From NCBI GenBank assembly GCA_963702845.1, contig OY969763.1, positions 3,808,001 to 3,872,000 on the forward strand: a stretch of 64,000 nt of DNA. The letters are read 5' to 3'. Source of the stretch: an uncultured Verrucomicrobiae bacterium. GTDB taxonomy: Bacteria > Verrucomicrobiota > Verrucomicrobiia > Limisphaerales > Palsa-1400. The translations under genes were made by a program, and so were the position numbers. Below, one piece after another: positions 34,528 to 44,570 of this stretch (its first letter is position 1; the number at the start of each line of letters is the position of its first letter). Below the pieces are notes generated by a model, which saw only the letters and a list, made by a program, of their open reading frames with translations, searched no databases and was not told where the DNA came from.

Positions 34528-36900
34528 TCAGCGATGTACCACGAGCCGGAAAAATCTCACGCCGATCGCATTCACCAATGCTGAATCTTTGACGGTGACA
34601 TTGACGAATTGATTTGGTGCCGTTCCAATGGCGCTCGACTCCGAAACGGTCGCACCGGCAATGTTCACGATCCATCCGCTCCCAGCCGTGTAAGTCACGA
34701 GCGGATTCCACACCTTCAAATCGCTGCTCACCTGCAAAGCGTAAGTGAGCTCGAGCGCGCCGGTATTTCGGCGCAGCGTCAGGTTCAGGCGACTGGTGAG
34801 GATCGTTGCCGAAAGACTTCCTTCTTTGCCAAAAACATTCGGGTCACCGGCGACCGCATATTCCAAAAGATTCGGCATGCCATCGCCATCGCCATCCACC
34901 AGGTCACCTGCGATCGCGTTGTTCGTCGCATTATTACCAAAATGCGCCGTCTTCCAGGCGTCATACGGAGTGTTCGTGATCGTCAAAACGGCGGTGGATG
35001 GCGAGATGACATAAGCACCGGCCGAGTTGCTCAAGACAAGATTCACCGTGACCGTTGGCCCAGCCGGATTGTTCGAAGTGAAAACTGAAAACGCCTTTGC
35101 CGCCGAATCACCCGCCGCCCAAATCAACGTCCCCGACGCGCCGGCATAATCCACACCGGCGCTCGCAGTGCCACCGCTCGTAGTCGCGTACGAAACCGAC
35201 ACTGAGCCGTTTGTTCCGCCGGTCCGATTAACGGCGATGGTCGCCGTTGCCCCTGCCCGGACTGAAATGGCATTGGTGTTGAACGCCAAATTTCCACCGA
35301 GCAATCCGAAGCCGTAGACCGAAAATTGACTGCCGACATACACCTTCCCATTAACCACAGTGGGCACGGCAAATTTCACGCCATTCGTCATGCCGTCTCG
35401 AGTGCTGTTCTGTCCGCTGTGATAAATCTCCGAAAGATTCGTCGCGTTATACGCACTCAAAATTCCCGGAGACGCCAACTGTAACGCCCACACAATCCCG
35501 TTGCTCGTACCGTTCGCGCTGATGCTCGGTGTGCAACCTGGGATCGCGTAACTGCGCGAACCGGTCGCTGTTGCGCTGGGCGGTAGAAGGCCATTGTTGA
35601 GTTTGAAGCCGGTGAGCCCGTGGGTCCACCCGCCGTAATAAACCCAACCATTGAAATAAGCCGGCGTGCCCGTTGATCGACCGGTGGCGTCGGCGATTAC
35701 TTGCAACACGGCATCATTGGTTGCACCGGCGTTGAAGTGATTGTTGTTCGTCGTGAACTGGTCGCGATTGATGTTATACATTTTGCCTTCTTTGCCGTTG
35801 CCGACCAGCAAGTGCGTCACGTTCCCCGGTTGATCAGGCAGAAGGATCAAACCGCCGGAGCCGAGATCCGTATCGCCCAACGCCAACGCTGCCTGGTTGT
35901 AAGGCGTGAAATAATCAGCCACAGCCAGCTTGTTGTTGGACGTCGAGAGCTTGATAATGCTGTCGCCGTATTCGGTGCCGCCTGTGCCGTTGGTGGCGGT
36001 GAAAACTCCATTGCCCACTTCGAAATATAGATTCGTATTCGCGTCGACCGACAGCGCGCAGCCAGCCATCCAAATTCCACCCTCACCGGCGTCGCTGCCA
36101 AAATTGGCGATGGTCGAATTCGGCGTTGTGACAAAAATATTATTCGTTTTCAACTGCAACGTGGCCGCGTCAAAGCCGATGATCCAGCCGTGATACGGAT
36201 TCGTATCGGCATAGCCGGCATAACACACATAAACGATCCCGCCCGCCAACGTCAGCGCCGTGCGTTGCAGTTGTTGTTGCGGATTAAAAGTCAATTGCGT
36301 GCCGTTGCCGCCAACACCCGTTCCCGGATACGTGGGAGCAATCGTGGTCGGCGTCATTCGCTCCGTGCCATTGGTAATATTGATCGCGTGCAGCCGATGA
36401 AAATACGAACTCCCCTCGTGCGTGAAGGTATCCACATAAAGAGTGCCCGACGCGAGGTCGATCACCGGCGTTCCCGTGATGCCCACTTCATTAGTGATGT
36501 CGGTGTATATCCCGTTGTGATAACGCGTGCCGAAATCCGGGCTCGGTGTCACCGCTGAAATTCCCAGGTTCGTTTTCCACAACTGCCCGCCGCCATCCGC
36601 ATCAAAGGCATAAACCGAATCATGCTCGGTGGCGATGAACAGCACGTTGCGAATCCCCTGCCCTTGCACGTTGAGCTGCGAAACGTAAAGAGGCTGCGCA
36701 TACACAAATCCGTCCACCGTGTATTTGAATAATTTCCCGAACGCGTTCGAATTGACGTTCGCCAAGGTCAACAGCTTTTCACTTAAATTATCGCCCGACC
36801 GAGAGGTATTGTTGTGATACGTGAGGACATTGACTTGGGCCAAACCCGACGCGGCCACAGCCCAAATACAAACGGCAAAAACCCTGCCCAGCGCCTTCAT
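34528..36900 (-). CDS. Secreted PQQ-like beta-propeller protein with Calx-beta domain and DGDG-type C-terminal module
   Basis: VLTYHNN..RSG, VDG.VYAQPL, ATEHDSVYAFDAD, GITGTPVID, YHGWI, DLGSGG, KFAVPTV; Calx-beta VNRTGG..GSVSVSYAT..GTA.AGVDY; DGDGDGMPNLLEYA. Confidence 0.8.
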   Translation of the reverse strand: MKALGRVFAVCIWAVAASGLAQVNVLTYHNNTSRSGDNLSEKLLTLANVNSNAFGKLFKYTVDGFVYAQPLYVSQLNVQGQGIRNVLFIATEHDSVYAFDADGGGQLWKTNLGISAVTPSPDFGTRYHNGIYTDITNEVGITGTPVIDLASGTLYVDTFTHEGSSYFHRLHAINITNGTERMTPTTIAPTYPGTGVGGNGTQLTFNPQQQLQRTALTLAGGIVYVCYAGYADTNPYHGWIIGFDAATLQLKTNNIFVTTPNSTIANFGSDAGEGGIWMAGCALSVDANTNLYFEVGNGVFTATNGTGGTEYGDSIIKLSTSNNKLAVADYFTPYNQAALALGDTDLGSGGLILLPDQPGNVTHLLVGNGKEGKMYNINRDQFTTNNNHFNAGATNDAVLQVIADATGRSTGTPAYFNGWVYYGGWTHGLTGFKLNNGLLPPSATATGSRSYAIPGCTPSISANGTSNGIVWALQLASPGILSAYNATNLSEIYHSGQNSTRDGMTNGVKFAVPTVVNGKVYVGSQFSVYGFGLLGGNLAFNTNAISVRAGATATIAVNRTGGTNGSVSVSYATTSGGTASAGVDYAGASGTLIWAAGDSAAKAFSVFTSNNPAGPTVTVNLVLSNSAGAYVISPSTAVLTITNTPYDAWKTAHFGNNATNNAIAGDLVDGDGDGMPNLLEYAVAGDPNVFGKEGSLSATILTSRLNLTLRRNTGALELTYALQVSSDLKVWNPLVTYTAGSGWIVNIAGATVSESSAIGTAPNQFVNVTVKDSALVNAIGVRFFRLVVHR

Positions 36901-36967
36901 CAGGGTGCCAAAACTAACACCGCGCTATGTGCAATCAAATAGGCGACAGCCTTACAAATCGATGCAG

Positions 36968-38289
36968 TTAAACCGCGTAATGTTTTGCGACTTTCCTCAC
37001 TGCCCGGGCGACGCCTTGAATATAATTCTCATCCATCGCTTCATTGAGTCGGAACAGCATGCAGGTTTTCAGAATATCTTCCGTTACCGAACATTTCACT
37101 TTGGTGTAATCCATCGTGGTCAGGCCAAATTCTTTGATCGGCCAGCGACCGGCGAAAAACGAATGATTCTGGAACATCGGCAAGCCATAAACCGGCACGG
37201 GAATATAACCAGCACCGAACGTGACGCCTTCCGCCGCGAGCGCCTTCACGAATTGCGCTCTGTTACACTTCAATTTCTCCGGAACGACGCGCGTCATGTA
37301 AAACCAGTAAACACAACGGTCCTGCGGATCAACGTGGTGCGGGGTGATTCCTGGAATTCCCGCCAGTTCCTGCGTGAGCAACGCACCGAGTTGACTGCGC
37401 CGTGACGCAATGCCTTCCAAGCGCTCCAACTGCGCGGCCACGAACGCCGCTTGCAGTTCGCTGATGCGGTAATTAGTGCCCAAAGCAGTGGCCGTGTCTT
37501 TCGGGTTGTAACGGTTAGTGCCTTTGTCGCCGAACTTCGTCAACAGCGGACCGAACTTTGGATCACTGGTAACAGCCACGCCGCCGTCGCCGCAGGTAAT
37601 GTGTTTGGAATCCTGCAACGAAAAACAACTGATCGGCCAACCGAGCTGATCGGTTTACCGCGATACAACGCGCCCCACGCCTGCGCGCAATCTTCGATGA
37701 GAATTAATTTGTGCCGATCCGCAACCTCCTTCAGCTCAGCCAGCCTGCAAGGATTTCCGGCAAGGTGAACCGCGATGATCGCTTTCGTCTTCGGCGTTAT
37801 CTTGCGTTCAACATCCGCGACGTCAAGGCAGCCGGTGTTCGGTTCAAGATCAGCGAAGACCGGCACGCCCTGCTGGAACAACACGCCAACGACAGTGCCG
37901 ATGTCCGTGACACCCGAAGTAATCACTTCATCACCCGGCCCGATACCTGCGGCAGCCGCGGCGATATGCAACGAAGCGGTGCCTGACGAACAGGGTTGCA
38001 CATATTTGTGCCCGTAAATTTTTTGATGCCGATCGATGAGCAGTGCGGTCTGGTGATTCTTCCAGTAATAAAGCGAGTCCTGCTGCACCGCGGCGGCGAG
38101 TTGGTCCAATTCCGGCTTGCCCCAGCGCACCGGCTTGGGCATCGGAACAGTGACCGCTTTCGCTCCACCTTCCAGCGCGAGTTTCTCGGTTTCATTCTCC
38201 GCGCCTTTCACTCCGAATTGGCTCGCTGCCAGCAATACAGAAGTCGACGCAATAAATTTACGACGGGAAACTTGCGAGTTGGTTTTCAT
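36968..38289 (-). pseudogene. DegT/DnrJ/EryC1/StrS PLP aminotransferase with Tat-like signal; single frameshift near 37635
   Basis: SRRKF signal, SSGTASLH, GIGPGDEVI, VHLAG, IEDCAQAWGA in one frame; SLQDSKHITCGDGG (catalytic Lys), GTNYRISELQAA in the next. One added base restores G-x-I-S-C-F-S-L-Q. Confidence 0.85.
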
Positions 38290-38472
38290 GGCTTGGCCAA
38301 GCTTAGACCGACGATCGCAAGACACGCAACAAAGGTTTGGCATGAAAGAGCCGGAATGGAAAAAGCATCATGGCAGTCAAACAAATCCGATTGCATCAAA
38401 CCCGGTTTTGTTTCACTCTCCCGCTCATCCCGCCATCTCAAATGGCAAAACAACCAAAGGAAAGGATCTGGC

Positions 38473-39396
38473 ATGAACAAGTTTCAGCGCAGTTGGCAGT
38501 TGTTCCGGAGTTCACTCACCGTTATGCAGCAAAACAAAAAGCTGCTCATTTTCCCGATCATCATCAGCGGACTGATGCTCCTCATCGCGCTCTTTTTCTT
38601 CGGGGCATTCGCCTTCCAGCCTACCGGCTACAGCTACACCTCGTCCGCCCATTGGAAGACCGTCGCCAACAGCGCCTGGGTTTCCGCTCCGGCGCAACAA
38701 GGCTCACGTCATTCCGAGGGCGCTCTCAAACCTCTCGCCGTCGTTTACCTCGCGATCATGTATTTTGTTTCCATGTTTCTCGCCACGTTCTGCAACGTTG
38801 CGTTCTATAACGAAATTCTCAAAGCGCTCAACGGCCAGGCTGTCTCGATTCGTGCCGGATTTCAATTCGCCTGCACGCGCTGGAAATCCATTCTCCTCTG
38901 GGCTGCCTTTGCCGGCGTCATCGGCTACATCATTAAATCGCTCGAAGAACGCTTCGGCCTGTTCGGTAAAATCGTACTGCGCCTCGTCGGCACTGCCTGG
39001 AGCGTCGCGTGCGTGTTCGTCATTCCCATCATCATCACCGACCCGGAATCCAATCCGTTCACGATCCTGAAAAAATCTGCGCTAACTCTGAAAAACACTT
39101 GGGGCGAATCATTGATTGGCTACGCCGGAGTTGCCTTCGGCAGCCTGATTGTCATGGTCGGCTCAGTCATTTACCTCGGCGCGGCGTTTGCTGGTTCGAT
39201 GGCCTTGAACAATTTTTGGCTGTTCGGCTTCGCTTTCGTGGCTTGGCTGATCGGCATCTTCGCCTTCAGTTACGTGGTCAGCGTCGCCAGTCAGATTTTC
39301 CGTTGCGCACTATATCTCTACGCGACCACCGGCAACGTGCCCCCGCCCTACAACGCCGACATGATGACGATGGCGTGGAAGACGAAGAAAGCTTAA
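38473..39396 (+). CDS. DUF6159-like membrane protein
   Basis: RSWQL...SL.V....KKLLIFP, LKKSA.TLK.TWGE, ALYLYATTG; multi-TM. Start re-set to ATG 38473. Confidence 0.75.
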   Translation: MNKFQRSWQLFRSSLTVMQQNKKLLIFPIIISGLMLLIALFFFGAFAFQPTGYSYTSSAHWKTVANSAWVSAPAQQGSRHSEGALKPLAVVYLAIMYFVSMFLATFCNVAFYNEILKALNGQAVSIRAGFQFACTRWKSILLWAAFAGVIGYIIKSLEERFGLFGKIVLRLVGTAWSVACVFVIPIIITDPESNPFTILKKSALTLKNTWGESLIGYAGVAFGSLIVMVGSVIYLGAAFAGSMALNNFWLFGFAFVAWLIGIFAFSYVVSVASQIFRCALYLYATTGNVPPPYNADMMTMAWKTKKA

Positions 39397-39417
39397 GCCG
39401 CGCTAGACGTTAGTCGT

Positions 39418-39726
39418 GTGAAGGCAAAACCAAATAAGTGGCCTGAATTTTTATTCGCGCTCGCAGTCCGATTCGTGTGCGGATTTATTCTTGGCTGCCT
39501 CGCGTGCGCGGTGTTCTTTTTCAAAGGCATCTTGCGTTCCTTTTCTCACAACAACACGCACCTGCCATTCATTCTGATGCTCCTGTGCGGCGCTGTCGGC
39601 AGCATCGTGGCGATGTGTAATATCCCGCACTGGCAACGGCCGTGGTACAAGCGACAGAGCAGTGCATTAGACGCGCTCGCCGCTGACGAAGCTCTAAGTG
39701 TTTACCAGTCAACTTCTGAAGATTAA
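39418..39726 (+). CDS. Hypothetical two-TM protein
   Basis: Two hydrophobic segments; follows the upstream gene by 21 nt. Confidence 0.55.
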   Translation: MKAKPNKWPEFLFALAVRFVCGFILGCLACAVFFFKGILRSFSHNNTHLPFILMLLCGAVGSIVAMCNIPHWQRPWYKRQSSALDALAADEALSVYQSTSED

Positions 39727-39785
39727 ATCAACCGGTTCACACAATAAACAGCTCCGTAAAGTCTGTCATGATTGTGCTCAACCCT

Positions 39786-40199
39786 TCACTGATCCGACAC
39801 TTCGCCAATTTCCGTTTGCGGCGATACCACCATAAACGTCCCCTTCAGGCAAAACCACGCGCCCGCAATTCCCACCACCACCGCCATCGCCATCAACTTC
39901 ACGTCGATGTAGCCCACCTGCGCCAGAATCAGCCACAAAATCACCGGCACAAACATCAGCACCACGCCGATGCAGATCTTGCGCACGCCGCGCGCACGGA
40001 TCACTTTCTCCCGCTCCGTGAACATGGCATCAACCATCACGCACGCTTCGTCGTAACCGATGCCTTGCATCTGCAAGAACTTAACCACGTCCTCCGGCAC
40101 ATCGCCCCAGAACACCTTCGCGCGCGCTTCGTGCTGGGCCTGTTCAGGCGTTTTTTGAAATGAACTGAGGTAAGGGTCCTGCGGGTTTTCGATCGCCAT
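39786..40199 (-). CDS. Hypothetical membrane protein
   Basis: Helical N-domain followed by two TM segments. Confidence 0.65.
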   Translation of the reverse strand: MAIENPQDPYLSSFQKTPEQAQHEARAKVFWGDVPEDVVKFLQMQGIGYDEACVMVDAMFTEREKVIRARGVRKICIGVVLMFVPVILWLILAQVGYIDVKLMAMAVVVGIAGAWFCLKGTFMVVSPQTEIGEVSDQ

Positions 40200-40402
40200 A
40201 ACTGTAATCCTTCCACATGGGGTTTCCGTTGCCGTCTGGGTTGATTAGCCGGATCCTGAACTTTTCCGATAAAAACGGAAGTGAAAAATGCGCGTTTGCT
40301 TGACGAACTTGCGCCCAATCCGTAAACCAGAGTTATTCAATCCCCACACGGACGTGGGGACGGGCAACGAACAGCGGAAAACGAACAACAACCAATCGGG
40401 AT

Positions 40403-41458
40403 ATGGCTGAATTCACCTTCTCTTGCGCAAGCTGCGGCAACGGCATTATTTGTGACTCACAATGGAGCGGGCACCAGATCGCCTGTCCCTCCTGTCAAGT
40501 TTCCGTCCTCGTTCCGGCGCCCACACCATTGGCAACACCCGCGCCAGTTCCGGCAGCAAACGCCGCAGCTGCCGCTGCCCGCGTACGCATGGCCGCGCGC
40601 ACCGGAGGCGGCAAAAAATCCACCGGCAAAATCGTTGCCTATGTCCTGATAGGAATCGTCGTCGTAGCTGGATTTTTCTATGTCATGAAACGCGGCGCAG
40701 CCGTTGATTCCAACATCGCGGAAAAAACCACCGCAGCCGCCAAAGAAAGTGGCGGCGGCGACCTCGGCCACATCGGCGAACTCTACGATGTCATCGACGC
40801 GACAGACCCCGACAAAATGCGCCATCCGCGCCTATCCAAAGCCGAGCAAGAAGAATTGAAAGCTTCACAAGCAAAATTGGCCGCGCGGTTCGACGCCATC
40901 AAAGCAGATCGCGACAAGCAAGCGGAAGAAGCCGCCAAACTCGCCCCCGCCGAGTGGACCATGGACATCGACTCCGCCCAGCTCCCAACCGGCCGCGCCA
41001 ACGGCATGCTCTCCGGCACCAACTTCGTCGTCGACACCTCGCGCATCGACCGCGCCGGCTACGCGCAAGTCCTCACCTTGCGCCAGGGCGAAGGCACCGC
41101 CGCCAACGCCGAAATGTTCGTCTACCTCAGCATCAGTCCGGGCGAAGTCGTGACCAACCGCACCTGGACCATCACCAAAGACATGAAAGGCAAAGGCGTT
41201 CCCCAGATCATCAAACGTTGGAAAACCAACCCGCGCTACGCCCTCTCCCAAAAAAGTTTCAACACCGGCTACGCCATGAAACTGGAAATCGGCGCTCCCA
41301 CCGACGGCGCGATCCCCGGCAAAATCACTCTATCCTTACCCGACACCGAAAAAAGCTACGTCGCCGGCGAATTCCACGCTGAATCAGCGCTGTACCAAAC
41401 CGCCGCCTCCGGCTATCGTTCCGCGTCGGGTTTAGATCCGCGCTATCGCTCTCCTTAA
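40403..41458 (+). CDS. Hypothetical single-pass protein with N-terminal zinc ribbon
   Basis: CASC...CPSC, Pro/Ala linker, one TM, coiled coil, beta-rich C-terminal domain. Confidence 0.75.
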   Translation: MAEFTFSCASCGNGIICDSQWSGHQIACPSCQVSVLVPAPTPLATPAPVPAANAAAAAARVRMAARTGGGKKSTGKIVAYVLIGIVVVAGFFYVMKRGAAVDSNIAEKTTAAAKESGGGDLGHIGELYDVIDATDPDKMRHPRLSKAEQEELKASQAKLAARFDAIKADRDKQAEEAAKLAPAEWTMDIDSAQLPTGRANGMLSGTNFVVDTSRIDRAGYAQVLTLRQGEGTAANAEMFVYLSISPGEVVTNRTWTITKDMKGKGVPQIIKRWKTNPRYALSQKSFNTGYAMKLEIGAPTDGAIPGKITLSLPDTEKSYVAGEFHAESALYQTAASGYRSASGLDPRYRSP

Positions 41459-41617
41459 TTGGCGCGCAGTGATAAAGGCCAGCTTCCCCGGCGCTGAAAA
41501 TGATAGAACTGTCATTCAAAATTCGTTGTTGCGATTCGACGTTGAGCTATCGTTTGCGAATCTCCCTGACCCCACGTTTGGGATTATTTGACGAAACCAA
41601 AAATTTAAAAGCTGAAC

Positions 41618-43177
41618 ATGAATGCGAAATCTTTTCTCGTAACAACATCCAGCGCGATGCTCTTCGCCGCCACTCTCTGCTTTAACAGCCACGCAGGCGA
41701 GACGGTGAAATGGGACCAAATTCCGAAAGCCGTCCAGGACACCATCTTGGCCAACGGCGGCAAAATTGATCAATCGGTCGATAAAGAGAGCGGCGCTGAC
41801 ACCGTCGGCAACCAAGCGACTTTCGAAGCTCCAGTGCAAAAAAACGGCAAATCCGTCGACCTTGTTATCACCGGCGATGGCAAACTGGTTCAAATCAAAG
41901 GCGACGATTCAACCGATGCGTCGGCCGAAAAAGTCGACATCGCCAAAAAACTTCTCGCAGACGTGAAATTCAGTCATCCGCGCGATATTACCAACCCTTA
42001 CCTGCCGATTTCCAAGTTGAAGCAGGACATCATTGAAGGCACCGAGGAAGGCAAAAAAATCCGCGTCGAACGCACCTTGCTCCCGGACAAGCACAAGACG
42101 TTCACCATAAATGGCCAGCAAGTCGACAGTCTGGTTTACGAAGATCGCGCCTTTATGAACGGCAAACTCGAGGAACTCGCCATCGACTATTTCGCCCAGG
42201 ACGACAACGGCACCGTGTATTACCTCGGCGAAGAAGTCACTGATTACGACGAAAGCGGCAAAGAACTTCCCTCAGGCAAAGCTGAATCGTGGATGACTGG
42301 CATCGACACCCCGATCCCCGGTGTCGTGATGCCGGCCAACCCAAAAATCGGCATGAAATTTAAATGTGAAGACGTTTCCAAAGACATCAGTGAAGCAGAT
42401 GAAATCATGGGCGAAGGCGAGACCGTCACCGTTCCCGCCGGGACCTTCACCGACTGCATTCGGGTCAAAGAAAAGCTCGCCGATGGCACCATCGAGTACA
42501 AATGGTACGCCAAAGACATCGGGGCCGTCCGCGAAATGCCCGACACGGGCGACGAGTTGTTGATTTCGCACAACGGCAAACCAAAAACGAAACTCAACAA
42601 ACCAGGCGCGAAGAATAGCGCGAACCGATCACCCACCAGCACTCCCACCGCGGCACAAGTCGCCACTTGGATCGCCGAATACAAAACCGCGCACCCGGGT
42701 CGCGGTGGAAAAGATTGGGACATCAACGAAAAAAGTCGTTCGAAAACTGAAGCCGATCCAAACCTGAAACGTTTCTTTGACCTCTGCGGCCCCGACCAGC
42801 GTCCGGTGATTCCTGCGCTTGCGTGGGAATACGGTGGCAAGGATCATCAATGGATTCATCCCGAAGGCTCCGCTTTGGTCTATTGCGTCTACACGCCCGC
42901 CAAACCGAACACCGACCATTGGAAATACGACAAATCGACCGATCACGTCACCACCGACGTTTACGTAAAATTCCCTGACCAAAACCCGTGCAAAAACGAA
43001 ACGGGCCCGGCCCAAGTGATGTCCTGTCTCGGCGACCACAGCAACATCGAAATTCTCGTCGACACTGCCAGCCTGAACGATGGCAAAGCCGCCGGCCTAA
43101 ATCTCGCCGAAGCTTCCACCGACCTCTACCTTCTCCAACCCAACGGCGCCCGCGTCCTGCTTTACCAAGGCAAGTAG
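41618..43177 (+). CDS. Hypothetical secreted multidomain protein (PepSY-like N-domain plus two unknown domains)
   Basis: Signal peptide; V.W.Q.PKAVQ.TI PepSY/BLIP-like start; FSHPRDITNPYLP...DYFAQD..G.VYYLGE...V.VPAGTF..C...KWYA..IG.V; Cys-containing C-domain. Confidence 0.7.
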   Translation: MNAKSFLVTTSSAMLFAATLCFNSHAGETVKWDQIPKAVQDTILANGGKIDQSVDKESGADTVGNQATFEAPVQKNGKSVDLVITGDGKLVQIKGDDSTDASAEKVDIAKKLLADVKFSHPRDITNPYLPISKLKQDIIEGTEEGKKIRVERTLLPDKHKTFTINGQQVDSLVYEDRAFMNGKLEELAIDYFAQDDNGTVYYLGEEVTDYDESGKELPSGKAESWMTGIDTPIPGVVMPANPKIGMKFKCEDVSKDISEADEIMGEGETVTVPAGTFTDCIRVKEKLADGTIEYKWYAKDIGAVREMPDTGDELLISHNGKPKTKLNKPGAKNSANRSPTSTPTAAQVATWIAEYKTAHPGRGGKDWDINEKSRSKTEADPNLKRFFDLCGPDQRPVIPALAWEYGGKDHQWIHPEGSALVYCVYTPAKPNTDHWKYDKSTDHVTTDVYVKFPDQNPCKNETGPAQVMSCLGDHSNIEILVDTASLNDGKAAGLNLAEASTDLYLLQPNGARVLLYQGK

Positions 43178-43317
43178 CCCATTTTGTATGCGGGGTGCCG
43201 CCCGCTCGATCGATCGGCAAATTCACACTAACACTCCGGAAACCCCCTCCTTCCCTTTGGTGCCTTGGAGGCTTGGTGGCTAAGTTAAATGTTTCAGCCC
43301 TCTGCTAATCACCGCCG

Positions 43318-43710
43318 CTACTTCCTCGACCTCTTCCCGAACAATTTCCCCAACCCGGTCCACGCCAACAACCCAAATCCAACCGATGTCCCGGTAATCG
43401 GAGTCGGAATCGCCGCCAATACAGCAAGTACACTAGCGAACGCCAAAGCACGCCCGTTCCCGTCATGCTTCAGGTGTTTTTGAATCAAAAAAGTCGGAAA
43501 GAAAACCGCCACAAAACAAAACGGAATCGCCACAATCCAAATCGGCGGCGCGAAATCAAACACCACCCACAAACTATCCACCGCCGTCAAAATCAAAGCC
43601 GACAACGCATGAATCGGCGCTCCTTCGGCAGTTGACGTTGCGGGCCTTTCGGGCGGCAAAACCTCTATCGGCACGGCCTTCGCCTGCACCTCGCTTATTT
43701 TCGGCGGCAT
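43318..43710 (-). CDS. Hypothetical membrane protein
   Basis: Three to four hydrophobic segments; LAAIPTPITGT. Confidence 0.65.
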   Translation of the reverse strand: MPPKISEVQAKAVPIEVLPPERPATSTAEGAPIHALSALILTAVDSLWVVFDFAPPIWIVAIPFCFVAVFFPTFLIQKHLKHDGNGRALAFASVLAVLAAIPTPITGTSVGFGLLAWTGLGKLFGKRSRK

Positions 43711-43835
43711 TTCCACAAGCACCGCGAATATTACCTCCAATCCCCCGCCCTCGCAAGAAACGCCCGATGTCGCTCACCCGTCCAGCGTGCGAGTGTACGC
43801 GGCATCTCGCCGCCGTTCCGACTCACCAGAAAGAC

Positions 43836-44126
43836 CTATTCATCGCTCGCTGCCAATGAATCCATATCGCCCAACTCACGGACGAAAGTCATCTGCGCTG
43901 GCACGATCACTAAGGCATTGGCCGCAGTATGCACACCTCCGCAGGGCGCTGTGAACGGCAGAGTCACAACAAAGGCCACGCTGCCCAGAATCATCGTTGC
44001 GAAACAAACCGGTCGCACCACCACGGCATCAGCCGCAACTTCTGTGGGAGTCCCGGCACGTGCCAACCCACCGGCCAGCAACACAATTACCACGGCACAA
44101 CCAACCGCTATCACCCTCTTTTTCAT
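43836..44126 (-). CDS. Hypothetical exported/membrane protein
   Basis: MKKR signal peptide; D.VVVRP.......G...FVV.LPF.....LV..PA..TF.R.LG pattern. Confidence 0.7.
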   Translation of the reverse strand: MKKRVIAVGCAVVIVLLAGGLARAGTPTEVAADAVVVRPVCFATMILGSVAFVVTLPFTAPCGGVHTAANALVIVPAQMTFVRELGDMDSLAASDE

Positions 44127-44570
44127 GCCGGAATTTATGGCACGTCGTCTGTCCGCTTGGTATCCGGCATTTCTGTATTCTGAAACCATCGACGTTCCCA
44201 TTTCCTGTGTCGCCCAAACCCTTTTCGCAAACGGCGAAGCCACCTCAACAATTTAACCATTAGATCCGCACCACGTCGTTAGTATTTGCGAGATGAGAAC
44301 CATCCTAAAACCGGTCGCCGCGGAATGTGTCTAACACCGCAGGACAAACTTTTAGGATCATGTTGTGGCTTAGCTGAATTAATATGAAGCCCCTGATGGC
44401 AAGTGTGCCTTGGATATGGAAATTGGATATGGAAATTGGTAGGAAAGGAGAAACCTTTTCAAACGGGCCGAGTTTTACGACGCTGACTGCGAATCAGGAA
44501 CACAAATTCCCGAAGCCGCCGAGCGGAAAATGGAAAAACCAGCCAACTCTAAAGCGCTAGGAAGATCACT

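Noticed and set aside
37600..37660. Programmed frameshift in the DegT gene
   Set aside because: No convincing slippery heptamer at the break; a single deletion or read error is simpler.
37996..38472. N-terminal extension of the DUF6159-like ORF
   Set aside because: It overlaps the opposite-strand aminotransferase; ATG 38473 follows an AAAGGA SD.
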